Below are positions 38,188 to 48,106 of a stretch of 64,000 nucleotides of DNA, piece by piece. Position numbers and translations under genes: made by a program. The notes beneath the pieces were generated by a model that had not been told where the DNA came from, did no database searches, and saw nothing but the letters and a program-made list of their open reading frames with translations. Position 1 is the first letter of the stretch. Every line of letters starts with the position of its first letter. Source of the stretch: Candidatus Forterrea multitransposorum CG_2015-17_Forterrea_25_41 (GTDB lineage Archaea; Iainarchaeota; Iainarchaeia; Iainarchaeales; CSSED10-239); the NCBI GenBank assembly GCA_009392915.1, contig CP045477.1, positions 256,001-320,000 of the forward strand. The letters are read 5' to 3'.

Positions 38188-40776
38188 ATGAGTGGTGTTA
38201 AAAAAATAAAATCAATTGAGTTTAATATATTAAGCCCAGAAGTTATTAGAAAGATGTCTGGTGTAGAAATTTCTAGATCAGATACTTATGATAAAGATGG
38301 ATATCCAATAGAAAGAGGGGTAATGGATCTTCACTTAGGAGTAATTTCTCCAGGTTTAAGATGTAAGACTTGTGGTCATGGTATGAAAGATTGTCCTGGT
38401 CACTTTGGACATATTGAACTTACAAGACCTGTAATGCATCCTAAGTTTACTGAAAAAATATATCCTATACTTCAATCTAGTTGTAAAGAATGTGGTAAAC
38501 TTTTAATTGAAGATGAAAATAGAACTGAGCTTATGAGATATGCTCAAGATCCTGACAAACTTGCAAAATTCATAATTGATACTTCAAAAACTTTAAAAAA
38601 ATGTCCTCATTGTCAAGCAGAAATTTCAAAAGTTTCTTTAGATAAACCAACTAATTTCTTTGTAGATGGTGAAAGATTATATCCTTCTGATATTTTAGAT
38701 TGGATTTTAAAAATAGAAGATAAAGATTTATTTTTATTTGGATATTCTGAAAAATTAAAACCACAATGGTTTATTTTAAATGTTCTTCCAGTTCCTCCAG
38801 TTTCAATGAGACCTTCTCTTTCTCTTGAAAATGTTGTTACTGCTGAAAATGATTTAACTCACATGCTTTTAAACATTGTAAGAATTAATTCAAGACTTCA
38901 TGAAAACATGAATGCTGGTGCTCCACAAATAATTATTGAAGACTTGTGGGATCTTTTACAATACAATGTTACAACTTATTTTGATAATAATACAGCAGGT
39001 GTACCTCCTGCAAAACACAGATCTGGAAGAGCATTAAATACTTTAGCTCAAAGATTAAAAGGTAAAAAAGGAAGATTTAGATATAACTTAATTGGAAAAA
39101 GAGTTAATTCTGCATCAAGATCTACAATATCACCTTCTACAGAAGTTGCAATTGATGAACTTGGAATTCCTCAAGAAGTTGCAGATACTTTAACAGTTTC
39201 TGAAAGAGTAACTTCTTGGAATATTTCAAAGATTAAAGATTTTATTATGCAAGATAAAGTAAAATATTTAATATCTAAGAATAATAGAAAAAGAATGATT
39301 ACAGAATCAAACAGACAAGAAATAATAGATGCTTTAGAAGAAGGAACTATTGCTAAAAGAAAAATGGTTGATGGAGATTTAGTAATTTTTAACAGACAAC
39401 CAACACTTCATAGATCTTCAATTATGGGACACAAAGTAAAAGTTTTACCTGGTAAAACCTTTAGACTAAATCCAATTTCATGTGCTCCTTACAATGCGGA
39501 CTTTGATGGTGATGAAATGCAAATTCACGCTCCACAAAGTGAATCTTCTATTGCTGAGATTAAAAATCTTTTAATGGTTAATAATCATGTTTTAAGTATT
39601 AGACATGGTAAACCAATTATTACACCTACAGAAGACTTAATTTCTGGTGGATTTTTACTTACAAAACAAGATACTGAATTTACTAAAAAAGAAGCCATGG
39701 AAATGCTTTATTCAATAGGTGTTACAGAACTTCCTGCAGCTGATAGAGGAAGAGGACTTTATTCTGGTAAGTTAATTTTTAGTCAAATCTTACCAAATGA
39801 TCTTAATTTAGAATATGAAAATAAAATGTATACTATTATTAAGAAAATAAAAGGAAAAGTTACTAAAAAAGATATTGAAAAATACGATTGTTACTTTAAA
39901 ATTGAAAAAGGAAAATTAGTTTCTGGAGTCTTTGATGAAAGAGCAACTTCTCCTAAAAACTTAATTGATGTTATTGTAAGACATTATCCTACAGATTTTA
40001 TTTCTGAGTTTTATTATAAATTATCTAAATTAGTTTTTTATGCTTTATCAAAGAAAGGTTTAACTATTGCTTTAGATGAATATAAAACAACTAAAGAATT
40101 ACAAGTTGAAATTGATCAAAAAATAAAAGAATTAATTGTAAGTACAAATGCAATTGTTAAAAAATATGAAAATAAAACATTACCTTTAGTATCTGGTAAA
40201 AATCTAGATGAAACTTTTGAAATTGAAATGATGACAGCAGCATCTAATGTTAAGGATTATATTTCTGACAAAATACTTCTTGAAAAATTCAACGATATGT
40301 ATGATGATAGAAAAGTTTCAAACAATAACACAACTATGCTTTCAAGTGTAGGTGGGTCTAGAGGAAAAGTTTTAAATGTTGTAAACATTATTGGTCTTTG
40401 GGGACAAGTAACTGTTAGAACAGGAAGAGCTAAAAATGGTTTTAAAAATAGACTTTTAAGTTCTAATGTTTTAGGTTCAAATGCATTAATGGATTATGGT
40501 TTTGTTAAAAATAATTTCTATAATGGTATGACCCCTAAAGAATATTTCATCCACTCAATTGGTGGAAGACAAGGTGAAATTGACACTGGTGTTTCTACAA
40601 AAGTATCTGGATATCTTTATAGAAGACTTTCAAATGCTTTAAAAGATCTTGTTGTACAAGATGATTTATCTGTAAAGACAGCAGATGGACAAGTAATACA
40701 ATTTACTTATGGTGATGATGGTCTTTCCCCTGATAAAGCTTATCTTGGAAAGAATATTAATTTCTTCCACGAGTAG
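38188..40776 (+). CDS. rpoA1: DNA-directed RNA polymerase subunit A'.
   Basis: N-terminal Zn-binding site CKTCGHGMKDCPGHFGHIEL. Catalytic NADFDGDEMQIH motif. Confidence 0.95.
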   Translation: MSGVKKIKSIEFNILSPEVIRKMSGVEISRSDTYDKDGYPIERGVMDLHLGVISPGLRCKTCGHGMKDCPGHFGHIELTRPVMHPKFTEKIYPILQSSCKECGKLLIEDENRTELMRYAQDPDKLAKFIIDTSKTLKKCPHCQAEISKVSLDKPTNFFVDGERLYPSDILDWILKIEDKDLFLFGYSEKLKPQWFILNVLPVPPVSMRPSLSLENVVTAENDLTHMLLNIVRINSRLHENMNAGAPQIIIEDLWDLLQYNVTTYFDNNTAGVPPAKHRSGRALNTLAQRLKGKKGRFRYNLIGKRVNSASRSTISPSTEVAIDELGIPQEVADTLTVSERVTSWNISKIKDFIMQDKVKYLISKNNRKRMITESNRQEIIDALEEGTIAKRKMVDGDLVIFNRQPTLHRSSIMGHKVKVLPGKTFRLNPISCAPYNADFDGDEMQIHAPQSESSIAEIKNLLMVNNHVLSIRHGKPIITPTEDLISGGFLLTKQDTEFTKKEAMEMLYSIGVTELPAADRGRGLYSGKLIFSQILPNDLNLEYENKMYTIIKKIKGKVTKKDIEKYDCYFKIEKGKLVSGVFDERATSPKNLIDVIVRHYPTDFISEFYYKLSKLVFYALSKKGLTIALDEYKTTKELQVEIDQKIKELIVSTNAIVKKYENKTLPLVSGKNLDETFEIEMMTAASNVKDYISDKILLEKFNDMYDDRKVSNNNTTMLSSVGGSRGKVLNVVNIIGLWGQVTVRTGRAKNGFKNRLLSSNVLGSNALMDYGFVKNNFYNGMTPKEYFIHSIGGRQGEIDTGVSTKVSGYLYRRLSNALKDLVVQDDLSVKTADGQVIQFTYGDDGLSPDKAYLGKNINFFHE

Positions 40777-40823
40777 AAATGTTATGTTTGTTGGACAATT
40801 TAAAATATTAAATGTGAAATATT

Positions 40824-41990
40824 ATGAGAGAACTTCCAAAATTAGTTTTAGAGAGAATTGAAAATTATTCTAAAAAGAAAAGTTTTAGTGATGCAAAACA
40901 AAAAAAATTAGTTGAAATTGTAACTAGAAAATACAATGATTCTTTAGTAACTCCTGGAGATGCTATGGGTCTTATTGCTGCTCAATCAATAGGTGAACCT
41001 GGAACACAGTTAACTTTAAGAACAAAGCACTATGCTGGATCTTTAGAAGTATCTGTTGGTCAAGGAATTCAAAGAGTAATTGAAATTGTTGATGGAAGAT
41101 TATCTTCAAAGTTTCCTTCTATGAAGCTTTATTTAAAGAAAGATGTTTTTAATACTGATAAAAAAATAAATAAATTTGCAAAAAGTTTAATAGATATTAA
41201 AGTTGGAGCAATTGGAGAATTCCAAGAAGATTTTTTAAACAGAACTGTTTCTTTTGTCCTAGATCATGAAAAAATTAATGAACTTGATATTGATAAAGAA
41301 GAAGTTATGACACTTATCTATGATAAGATAATTGATGTTTATGTTTCAAAAAGATTTACTCCAAATAAAAATGGTATAAATTTTACTTTTGATAAAGATA
41401 CACCTCTCTTCAATATTAGAAAAGCTATTATTAAATGGAATAAAATACCTTTATTTGGTATAAAAAATATAGAATTAACTGTTGTTTCAGAAGAGAATGG
41501 AGAAAAAGTAATTATTACTAAAGGTTCTAATCTTTCTGAAATTTTAAAAGTTGAAGAACTTGATACTCAAAGAAGTTACACAAATGATATTTTAGAAGTA
41601 AATAAAGTTTTTGGTATTGAAGCTGCAAGAGAATCAATAATAAGAGAACTTTATAATACTTTTGATAGTAATGGAATTGATATTAACAAAAGACATATTG
41701 CAATTTTAGCAGATCTTATGTGCTTTAATGGAAAAGTTAAAGGAATTGTAAGAACTGGAATTACAGGAGAAAAATCAAGTCCATTTGCAAGAGCTTCTTT
41801 TGAAGAAACTGTTAAACATATTCTTTCAGCTGCATTTGATGGTGAGAGAGAAAACTTCAAAGGAATTATTGAAAACCTTATTGTAGGACAACCAATACTT
41901 GCAGGAACTGGTAGAGTAAAACTTACTCTTGATCCTAAAAATCTTAAAAAAATGATAAAAAAACAAGAGAGTTTAATTGAAGATAAATAA
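40824..41990 (+). CDS. rpoA2: DNA-directed RNA polymerase subunit A''.
   Basis: Homology to the C-terminal third of the Rpb1 trigger-loop region (GDAMGLIAAQSIGEPGTQLTLRTKH). Follows rpoA1. Confidence 0.9.
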   Translation: MRELPKLVLERIENYSKKKSFSDAKQKKLVEIVTRKYNDSLVTPGDAMGLIAAQSIGEPGTQLTLRTKHYAGSLEVSVGQGIQRVIEIVDGRLSSKFPSMKLYLKKDVFNTDKKINKFAKSLIDIKVGAIGEFQEDFLNRTVSFVLDHEKINELDIDKEEVMTLIYDKIIDVYVSKRFTPNKNGINFTFDKDTPLFNIRKAIIKWNKIPLFGIKNIELTVVSEENGEKVIITKGSNLSEILKVEELDTQRSYTNDILEVNKVFGIEAARESIIRELYNTFDSNGIDINKRHIAILADLMCFNGKVKGIVRTGITGEKSSPFARASFEETVKHILSAAFDGERENFKGIIENLIVGQPILAGTGRVKLTLDPKNLKKMIKKQESLIEDK

Positions 41991-42072
41991 ATAAAAAAAG
42001 AGATTCCTTTTTTAAATGTTGTGAAGCATAATTATATATTATATTAAAGGATTTTTTTTAAAAAAAATATAA

Positions 42073-42576
42073 GTGATTAATATGGATTGGAATAGATTTA
42101 ATACACAATTAAGAAGTGCAGTTGATACAGGAAAAGTAATTTATGGAACTAAAGAGACTTTAAGAGAATGTCTTGTTGGTGAACCTAAATTAGTTGTTGT
42201 TTCAAAGAATATAAAAAACATTACAAAAAAAGAAATTGAACATTTCTCAAACAAACTTAAGATTCATTTTATTGAATATCCAGAAAATGGTTTTGAATTA
42301 GGTTCTGTTTGTGGAAAACCTTTTAATATTTCTTCACTTGTAATTAAAGATTTAGGTCAATCATCAATTGTTGATGTTATTAACTTAAAAGAAGTTGTTG
42401 AAGAAAAAATGACTAAGTCTAAAATTAAAGCTGAAAAAAGACAAGTTAAAGAAGAAAAGAAAGCTGAAAAATCTAAAGCAAAGAAATTAAAAGAAATACA
42501 AAAAGAAGAAGATGATGAAAAGTCTATTAAAGAAGACGCAGCTTTAAAAGGAATTTTAAAAATTAAAAAGAAATAA
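42073..42576 (+). CDS. rpl30e: Ribosomal protein L30e with a ~60-aa Lys/Glu-rich C-terminal extension.
   Basis: L30e core sequence KVIYGTKETLRECLVGEPKLVVVSKNIKNITKKEIEHFSNKLKIHFIEYPENGFELGSVCGKPFNISSLVIKDLG. Sits at its canonical position after rpoA2. Confidence 0.85.
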   Translation: MINMDWNRFNTQLRSAVDTGKVIYGTKETLRECLVGEPKLVVVSKNIKNITKKEIEHFSNKLKIHFIEYPENGFELGSVCGKPFNISSLVIKDLGQSSIVDVINLKEVVEEKMTKSKIKAEKRQVKEEKKAEKSKAKKLKEIQKEEDDEKSIKEDAALKGILKIKKK

Positions 42577-42580
42577 TTAA

Positions 42581-42841
42581 ATGGCTAGAAAAAATATAAA
42601 TAATTTTAACAGGAAAAAAAAAGTTGTAAAAGAAGCTATACCAGTTTCTGAGCAAAAAGTTAAAAAAATAAAACCTGGTAAAATTACTGCTGAAATTTCT
42701 ACTTTAATGAGTTTTGGTATTTATGTTAATAATCCAAAGAAAGCAGAAATGCTTTTAGCGGAAATATTTAAGGAAGCAAAAATAAGCGGCGAATCTATAT
42801 CTCTTGTTGCTAAGAGATTTAGAAATAAATTAAAAAAATAA
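42581..42841 (+). CDS. Hypothetical 86-aa basic protein occupying the position where nusA normally sits in archaeal rpo operons. No KH-domain GxxG motif was recognised.
   Basis: ORF sits between rpl30e and rps12. Sequence MARKNINNFNRKKKVVKEAIPVSEQKVKKIKPGKITAEISTLMSFGIYVNNPKKAEMLLAEIFKEAKISGESISLVAKRFRNKLKK. Confidence 0.4.
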   Translation: MARKNINNFNRKKKVVKEAIPVSEQKVKKIKPGKITAEISTLMSFGIYVNNPKKAEMLLAEIFKEAKISGESISLVAKRFRNKLKK

Positions 42842-42868
42842 AAACTTAAAAAATAAAGGTGAATTTAT

Positions 42869-43294
42869 ATGGCAAACGGAGAATTTGCAGCAAAAAAGAA
42901 TATCAAAGATAGAAAAAAATGGAATAAAAAAGATCCTAGAGAAAAAAGAAGCATTAAAGTTAAAGCTAAGAAAGGACTTTTAAGAGGTGCTCCTCAAGCA
43001 AAAGGTATAGTTCTTGAGAAAAAAGGAATTACTGCAAGACAGCCAAACTCTGGTATTAGAAAATGTGTTAGAGTTAAGCTTATTAAAAATGGTAAGGAAT
43101 TAACTGCTCTTGCACCTAAAGATAAAGCTATTAAATTTATTGAGATACACGACCAAGTAACTGTTGAAGGTATTGGTGGACGTAAAGGAGGTCCAGTTGG
43201 TGATCTTTGGGGTGTAAAATACAAAGTTATCAAAGTTAATGGACAATCTCTTGAAATGCTTAGAACAGGTAAAAAAGAGAAATCTAAAAAATAG
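42869..43294 (+). CDS. rps12: Ribosomal protein S12 (uS12).
   Basis: Core sequence [46 protein letters not shown]...[22 protein letters not shown]. Confidence 0.9.
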   Translation: MANGEFAAKKNIKDRKKWNKKDPREKRSIKVKAKKGLLRGAPQAKGIVLEKKGITARQPNSGIRKCVRVKLIKNGKELTALAPKDKAIKFIEIHDQVTVEGIGGRKGGPVGDLWGVKYKVIKVNGQSLEMLRTGKKEKSKK

Positions 43295-43308
43295 GTAAAA
43301 TTTAAAAA

Positions 43309-43920
43309 TTGGTGTTAAATATGATGATTTTAGGTAAATGGGCAACAAATGATGTTGTTTGTAAAGATTTAGGTATTGCAAGATATGTAAGTTTTAAAGA
43401 AAAAGAAATTCCTCATACTTTTGGAGTTGCTAAAAGTACTCCTACAGATAAAGCAAAAGTTAATGTTGTTGAAAGACTTATCAATAAAATGATGAGATCT
43501 GGTCAAGGTAAAAAGAAATTATCTGGAAAGTTTATTAGAGGAAAAAATGCTTGTGGTAAAAAAGATCAAATGATAAGAGTTGTTGATGAAGCTTTTGATC
43601 AAGTAAATAAAATTACAAAGCAAAACCCAATACAAGTTTTAGTTGAAGCTATTGAAAATTCTGCTCCTAGAGAAGATATTATCAAACTTCAAAGAGGAGG
43701 AATTAATTATAATCAAGCAGTTGATATTGCTCCTATACAAAGACTTGATGAAGCTTTAAAGAATTTAGCTCTTGCACCTTTCAAGGCAACTTTTAAAACT
43801 AAAAAAGACATGGCTTCAGCTCTTGCAGAAGAACTTATGGCAGCAGCTAAGAATGATCAAAAGAGTTATGGTGTAAAAAGAAAAGATGAAATTGAAAGAA
43901 TTGCACAAGGTTCTAGATAG
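43309..43920 (+). CDS. rps7: Ribosomal protein S7 (uS7).
   Basis: uS7 family pattern (LINKMMRSGQGKKK..., ILVEAIENSAPREDI, NYNQAVDIAP). Follows rps12. Confidence 0.85.
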   Translation: MVLNMMILGKWATNDVVCKDLGIARYVSFKEKEIPHTFGVAKSTPTDKAKVNVVERLINKMMRSGQGKKKLSGKFIRGKNACGKKDQMIRVVDEAFDQVNKITKQNPIQVLVEAIENSAPREDIIKLQRGGINYNQAVDIAPIQRLDEALKNLALAPFKATFKTKKDMASALAEELMAAAKNDQKSYGVKRKDEIERIAQGSR

Positions 43921-43938
43921 TTTTATTATTTTTGTTTT

Positions 43939-43976
43939 CTCTCTTTTTTTAAAAAAAGAGAGGAATTTCTATTTTT
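43939..43976 (+). terminator. Perfect 24-bp palindrome (CTCTCTTTTTTT|AAAAAAAGAGAG) followed by a T-rich tract after rps7. Candidate end of the rpo/r-protein operon.
   Basis: Read directly in the sequence. Followed by AATTTCTATTTTTT. Confidence 0.5.
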
Positions 43977-44031
43977 TAAAAAAAAAATTCTTTTTTAAAC
44001 TTATTGATTTATTTATATTATTGTATCATTT

Positions 44032-44787
44032 ATGACTAGATTTAAAAATACTTTAAAAAAGTTATTACCAGATAGACTTAGATATGGAAAAGGCTATGTT
44101 CTTGAAAATAAAATGTCTAAAGTTTCAACTTCTTATAATATTAAAGAATATAATATAAATTATTTAAAAGAAGTTAATAATTTTTATAAAACATTTAGAC
44201 TAGATTCTAAAAAATATTCTCTTTCTAAAACTAATTTTAAAGCTTTAAGAAATAAAGACTCAAGAGAGCTTGTTGTTAGAGGAGTTTATTCTCTTTTTAA
44301 ATCTTTTAATGTTTCTGATGAATTAATTTTAAAAAGATTTCCAAATAAAACAAAAAAAGAAAGAGAGCTTATTAAAAATAAGTTATATAATCAGAAATAT
44401 CCTAAACTTGCAAGTGAAGTTATTGAAAGTATTAATTTATTTTTAAAAACTAGAAAACAAGAAATGCAACCAAGATACTTAGAAAAATTTGCAGAAATTT
44501 TTTATGAACTTAATCTTTTAAAAGAAAAAGAAAATTTAAGAATTGAAGGAAATAAATTTTTTTTAGAAGTTTTTAATAAACTTAATGAAATCACAAAACA
44601 AGAAAATAATTCTCAAAAAATAAACAATTCAACTCCTGCTTATGATTATTTATCTTCAATTTCTGGAGATTTTATTGAATTTGTAATTAGAAGTAGAAGT
44701 AATAATAAAAATAAATATGTAACTGTTAAAGAATTTAAAAAAGAACAATTTTCTTTAGATAGAATTAAAAAATATAGTGTTAGGTAA
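44032..44787 (+). CDS. Hypothetical protein (251 aa) inserted between rps7 and fusA.
   Basis: ORF with K/N-rich composition and no recognised motif. Confidence 0.4.
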   Translation: MTRFKNTLKKLLPDRLRYGKGYVLENKMSKVSTSYNIKEYNINYLKEVNNFYKTFRLDSKKYSLSKTNFKALRNKDSRELVVRGVYSLFKSFNVSDELILKRFPNKTKKERELIKNKLYNQKYPKLASEVIESINLFLKTRKQEMQPRYLEKFAEIFYELNLLKEKENLRIEGNKFFLEVFNKLNEITKQENNSQKINNSTPAYDYLSSISGDFIEFVIRSRSNNKNKYVTVKEFKKEQFSLDRIKKYSVR

Positions 44788-44821
44788 ATTTTATAATAAT
44801 TTTTAAAAGAAAAGAAAAATC

Positions 44822-45451
44822 ATGCAAAAAGATAATAACTGGGATAATATTTATTCTTCTGTAAAGAATCTTAAAAAACTTCCTTGGGTAAGAACCACAA
44901 TACCAGAGTGGTTTAAACTAATAATTAATTCTAAATGGATAGCCCCTTGTAAAACATTAGATGTTGGGTGTGGAAATGGTTATTTTTCATATTATCTTTC
45001 AAAAAAAGGCTTTAAAGTTACAGGTATTGATGTTTCAAAAGAAATTATTATTTATGCAAAAAAATCTTATCCTCAAAGTAATAATCTAAAATTTATTGTG
45101 TCTAATTTTTTTAATAAAGAAACTCTTTCTGAAAAATATAATTTTATTTTAGATATTGGACTTTTCCATAATATCTTACCAGAGAAAAGAAAAGAATTTT
45201 CAAAAAGACTTTCAGAGCTTCTTTTTGATAAAGGTAAGGTTTTAATCTTTTGTTTTGATAAAAGAGAAGGTACTTTTGAGAATAAAGAAATATACTTTAA
45301 TTCATTAATTAACATGTATTCATATCCTCTTTCAAAAGAAGAAATAATTAAAACTTTTAGTAAAGATTTTATTATTGAAAAAATAGAAGAAATAAGACAT
45401 GGTACAAATAATTATAAAAGACGTTATCTTTGTTTTTTAATTAAAAAATAA
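44822..45451 (+). CDS. Class I SAM-dependent methyltransferase (TPMT/TehB-like, small).
   Basis: Motif I LDVGCGNGYFSYYLSKKGFKVTGIDVS. Motif II/post-I region FILDIGLFHNI. N-terminal Trp-containing segment typical of TPMT-like enzymes. Confidence 0.65.
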   Translation: MQKDNNWDNIYSSVKNLKKLPWVRTTIPEWFKLIINSKWIAPCKTLDVGCGNGYFSYYLSKKGFKVTGIDVSKEIIIYAKKSYPQSNNLKFIVSNFFNKETLSEKYNFILDIGLFHNILPEKRKEFSKRLSELLFDKGKVLIFCFDKREGTFENKEIYFNSLINMYSYPLSKEEIIKTFSKDFIIEKIEEIRHGTNNYKRRYLCFLIKK

Positions 45452-45644
45452 GTGATTTTAAGTAAAATATATGATTTTTTTAAAATAAGAAAAGGTATTT
45501 AAATAAATCTCTACCTATATTATATATAGTATACTATTTTTAGTATTATCCTAAAGAAAAGGTAGTATAGCAAATATTAATATTTTTTTAAAATCATATT
45601 ATAAAAAAATACATTCTAAAAATAACTATAAAGGTGAAAGTAAA

Positions 45645-47843
45645 ATGGGAAGAAAAGAACAAGTTGCTGAGCTTGCAGAAAAGCTTATGGCAAATACAAA
45701 AAATATTAGAAATATTGCAATTATTGCACACATTGATCATGGAAAATCTACTTTAACAGACAATTTAGTTGCAACTGCTGGTTTAATTTCAAAAGATTTA
45801 GCAGGAGAACAAAGATTCATGGATTCATATGTTTTAGAACAAGAAAGAGGAATTACAATTAATTCTGCAAACGTTTCTGTTCCATGTGATATTGATGGTG
45901 AAAAATTTTTAATAAATATTATTGATACACCAGGTCACGTTGATTTCACTGGTGATGTTATAAGAGCGATGAGAGCTGTTGATGGTGCTGTTTTAGTTGT
46001 TGATGCTGTTGAAGGTGTTATGCCACAAACAGAAACTGTATTAAGACAAGCTTTAAGAGAAAAAGTAAAACCTGTACTTTTTATTAATAAAGTTGATAGA
46101 TTAATTACAGAAATGCATGTAACTCCAGAAGATATGCAAAAGAAATTTGTTAAAGTTGTAATGGATATTAATAATTTAATTGCAAAAAATGCTCCTGAAG
46201 AATTCAGAAAAGATTGGTTAGTAAATATTGCAGATGGTTCTGTATGTTTTGGTTCTGGTTTCCATAATTGGTCTCTTTCAGTTCCTGCTATGAAAAAATA
46301 TAATGTAACTTTTAAAGATGTTATTGAGTATGCAGAAAATGAAAAACAAAAAGAACTTGCAGATAAAATTCCAATTTCAGAAGTTTTCTTAGGAATGGTT
46401 GCAAAACATCTTCCTGATCCAAAGACTTCTCAAAAATATAGAATCCCAACTATTTGGAAAGGAGATCCTGAATCCCCAGAAGGAAAAGCAATGTCTGAAT
46501 GTAATACTACATCAGAAGAAGTTTCAATGATGGTAACTGATATTGTTTTAGATAAACATGCAGGAGATATTGCTTCTGGAAGAATTTATTCTGGATCAAT
46601 TAAAAAAGGAATGGATTTAAAAGTTTTAGGAACAGATAGAACAACTAAAGTTCAATATGTTGGTATTTATTTAGGTCCTGAAAGAGTTATTTTAGATGAA
46701 GTAAAATCTGGAAATATTGCTGCAATTATTGGACTTAAAGAAGTTTATGCTGGTCAAACAATTGCAAGTCACGATATTGTTCCATTTGAAGATTTCATGT
46801 CAGATGTTGAACCAGTAATGACTGTTTCTGTTGAAGCTAAAAATTCAAAAGATCTTCCAAGATTAATTCAAGTTATTCATAATATAACTAAAGAAGATCC
46901 AAACATAAAAGCTGAATTAAATCAAGATACAGGAGAACATCTTTTATCAGGTATGGGTGAACTTCACTTAGAAATTACACAATACAAGATTGAAAAAGAT
47001 AATAATATTCCAATAACTGTTTCACCACCAATTGTTGTTTACTATGAAACAACAACACAAGAATCTCCAGTTGTTGAAGGAAAGACTCCAAACAAACACA
47101 ATAAATTTAAAGTTAGAGTTGAACCAATCTCTTCAGAAATGCTTGAAAAAATTAGAAAAATTAAGTTTACTGGAAAGATAAGACCTAACAAAGATTTAGA
47201 TATTATTAAAAAATTACAAGAAGCAGGATTTGATGTTGACGAATCAAAGAATGTTTGGGCAATCAATAATCATTCAATTTTAATTAATAGAACAAAAGGA
47301 ATACAAAACTTAAATGAAGTTAGAGAACTTATAATTGAAGGATTTACAGATGCTACAAATGAAGGTCCTGTTGCTAAAGAAAAAGTATCTGGAATTATTG
47401 TTTCTCTTGAAGATGCAACATTACACGAAGATGCAATCCACAGAGGTCCTGCACAAGTTCTTCCTGCAATAACAAGAGCAATATATGCTGGTGTACTTGC
47501 TGGTAACTATGTTCTTTTAGAACCAAAACAAAGTTTAACTGTTTCAGTTCCTCAAGATTTTATGGGTTCTGTTTCTAAAGTTTTATCTTCAAGAAGAGCA
47601 CAAATTGAAGATATTAAAACAGAAGGAGATTCTTCAATTTTTATTAGTAAGATTCCTGTAAAATCAATGATTGGTTTCTCACAAGAGATGAGAGGAGAAA
47701 CACAAGGTAGAGCTGTTTGGACTGCTGAATATTTTGGTTATGAACAACTTCCAAAAAGTATGCTTAAAGACACAATCATAGATATTAGAAAAAGAAAAGG
47801 TATGGATCCTGAACCAAAACCTGCTGAGTTTTTCATGGATTAA
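45645..47843 (+). CDS. fusA: Translation elongation factor 2 (aEF-2).
   Basis: G-domain motifs AHIDHGKST, DTPGHVDF, NKVDR. Domain IV diphthamide-site His in AIHRGPAQ. SD-like AAAGGTGAAAG upstream. Confidence 0.95.
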   Translation: MGRKEQVAELAEKLMANTKNIRNIAIIAHIDHGKSTLTDNLVATAGLISKDLAGEQRFMDSYVLEQERGITINSANVSVPCDIDGEKFLINIIDTPGHVDFTGDVIRAMRAVDGAVLVVDAVEGVMPQTETVLRQALREKVKPVLFINKVDRLITEMHVTPEDMQKKFVKVVMDINNLIAKNAPEEFRKDWLVNIADGSVCFGSGFHNWSLSVPAMKKYNVTFKDVIEYAENEKQKELADKIPISEVFLGMVAKHLPDPKTSQKYRIPTIWKGDPESPEGKAMSECNTTSEEVSMMVTDIVLDKHAGDIASGRIYSGSIKKGMDLKVLGTDRTTKVQYVGIYLGPERVILDEVKSGNIAAIIGLKEVYAGQTIASHDIVPFEDFMSDVEPVMTVSVEAKNSKDLPRLIQVIHNITKEDPNIKAELNQDTGEHLLSGMGELHLEITQYKIEKDNNIPITVSPPIVVYYETTTQESPVVEGKTPNKHNKFKVRVEPISSEMLEKIRKIKFTGKIRPNKDLDIIKKLQEAGFDVDESKNVWAINNHSILINRTKGIQNLNEVRELIIEGFTDATNEGPVAKEKVSGIIVSLEDATLHEDAIHRGPAQVLPAITRAIYAGVLAGNYVLLEPKQSLTVSVPQDFMGSVSKVLSSRRAQIEDIKTEGDSSIFISKIPVKSMIGFSQEMRGETQGRAVWTAEYFGYEQLPKSMLKDTIIDIRKRKGMDPEPKPAEFFMD

Positions 47844-47872
47844 TTTTTCTTTTTCTTTTTTCTTTTATTTTT

Positions 47873-47925
47873 TTGTCCTTCTTTATATCTAGGACAAAGC
47901 TTCTTTTTTTCTTTTCTTTTTCTTT
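47873..47925 (+). terminator. Hairpin TTGTCCT-N11-AGGACAA followed by a T-rich run after fusA.
   Basis: Read directly. AGCTTCTTTTTTTCTTTTCTTTTTC follows the stem. Confidence 0.5.
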
Positions 47926-48106
47926 AAAACTATTTGTTTTATAATATTCTTCAAACTTTTTCTTGTTTTATTATTTGGACAGTTTATTTTTTTTATTAAA
48001 AATAATTATTTTTAAAAAATATATAACATTTATAAATGTTTACATCTACAGTATATAATATATTTTATTATTCTGCTTTTGCAGAAAAATTGGAGGGAGA
48101 AAAAAA

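Noticed and set aside
42581-42841. Calling the 86-aa ORF NusA on positional grounds alone
   Set aside because: No KH GxxG motif or NusA-like sequence was recognisable and the length is about half that of archaeal NusA. Left as hypothetical with a note.
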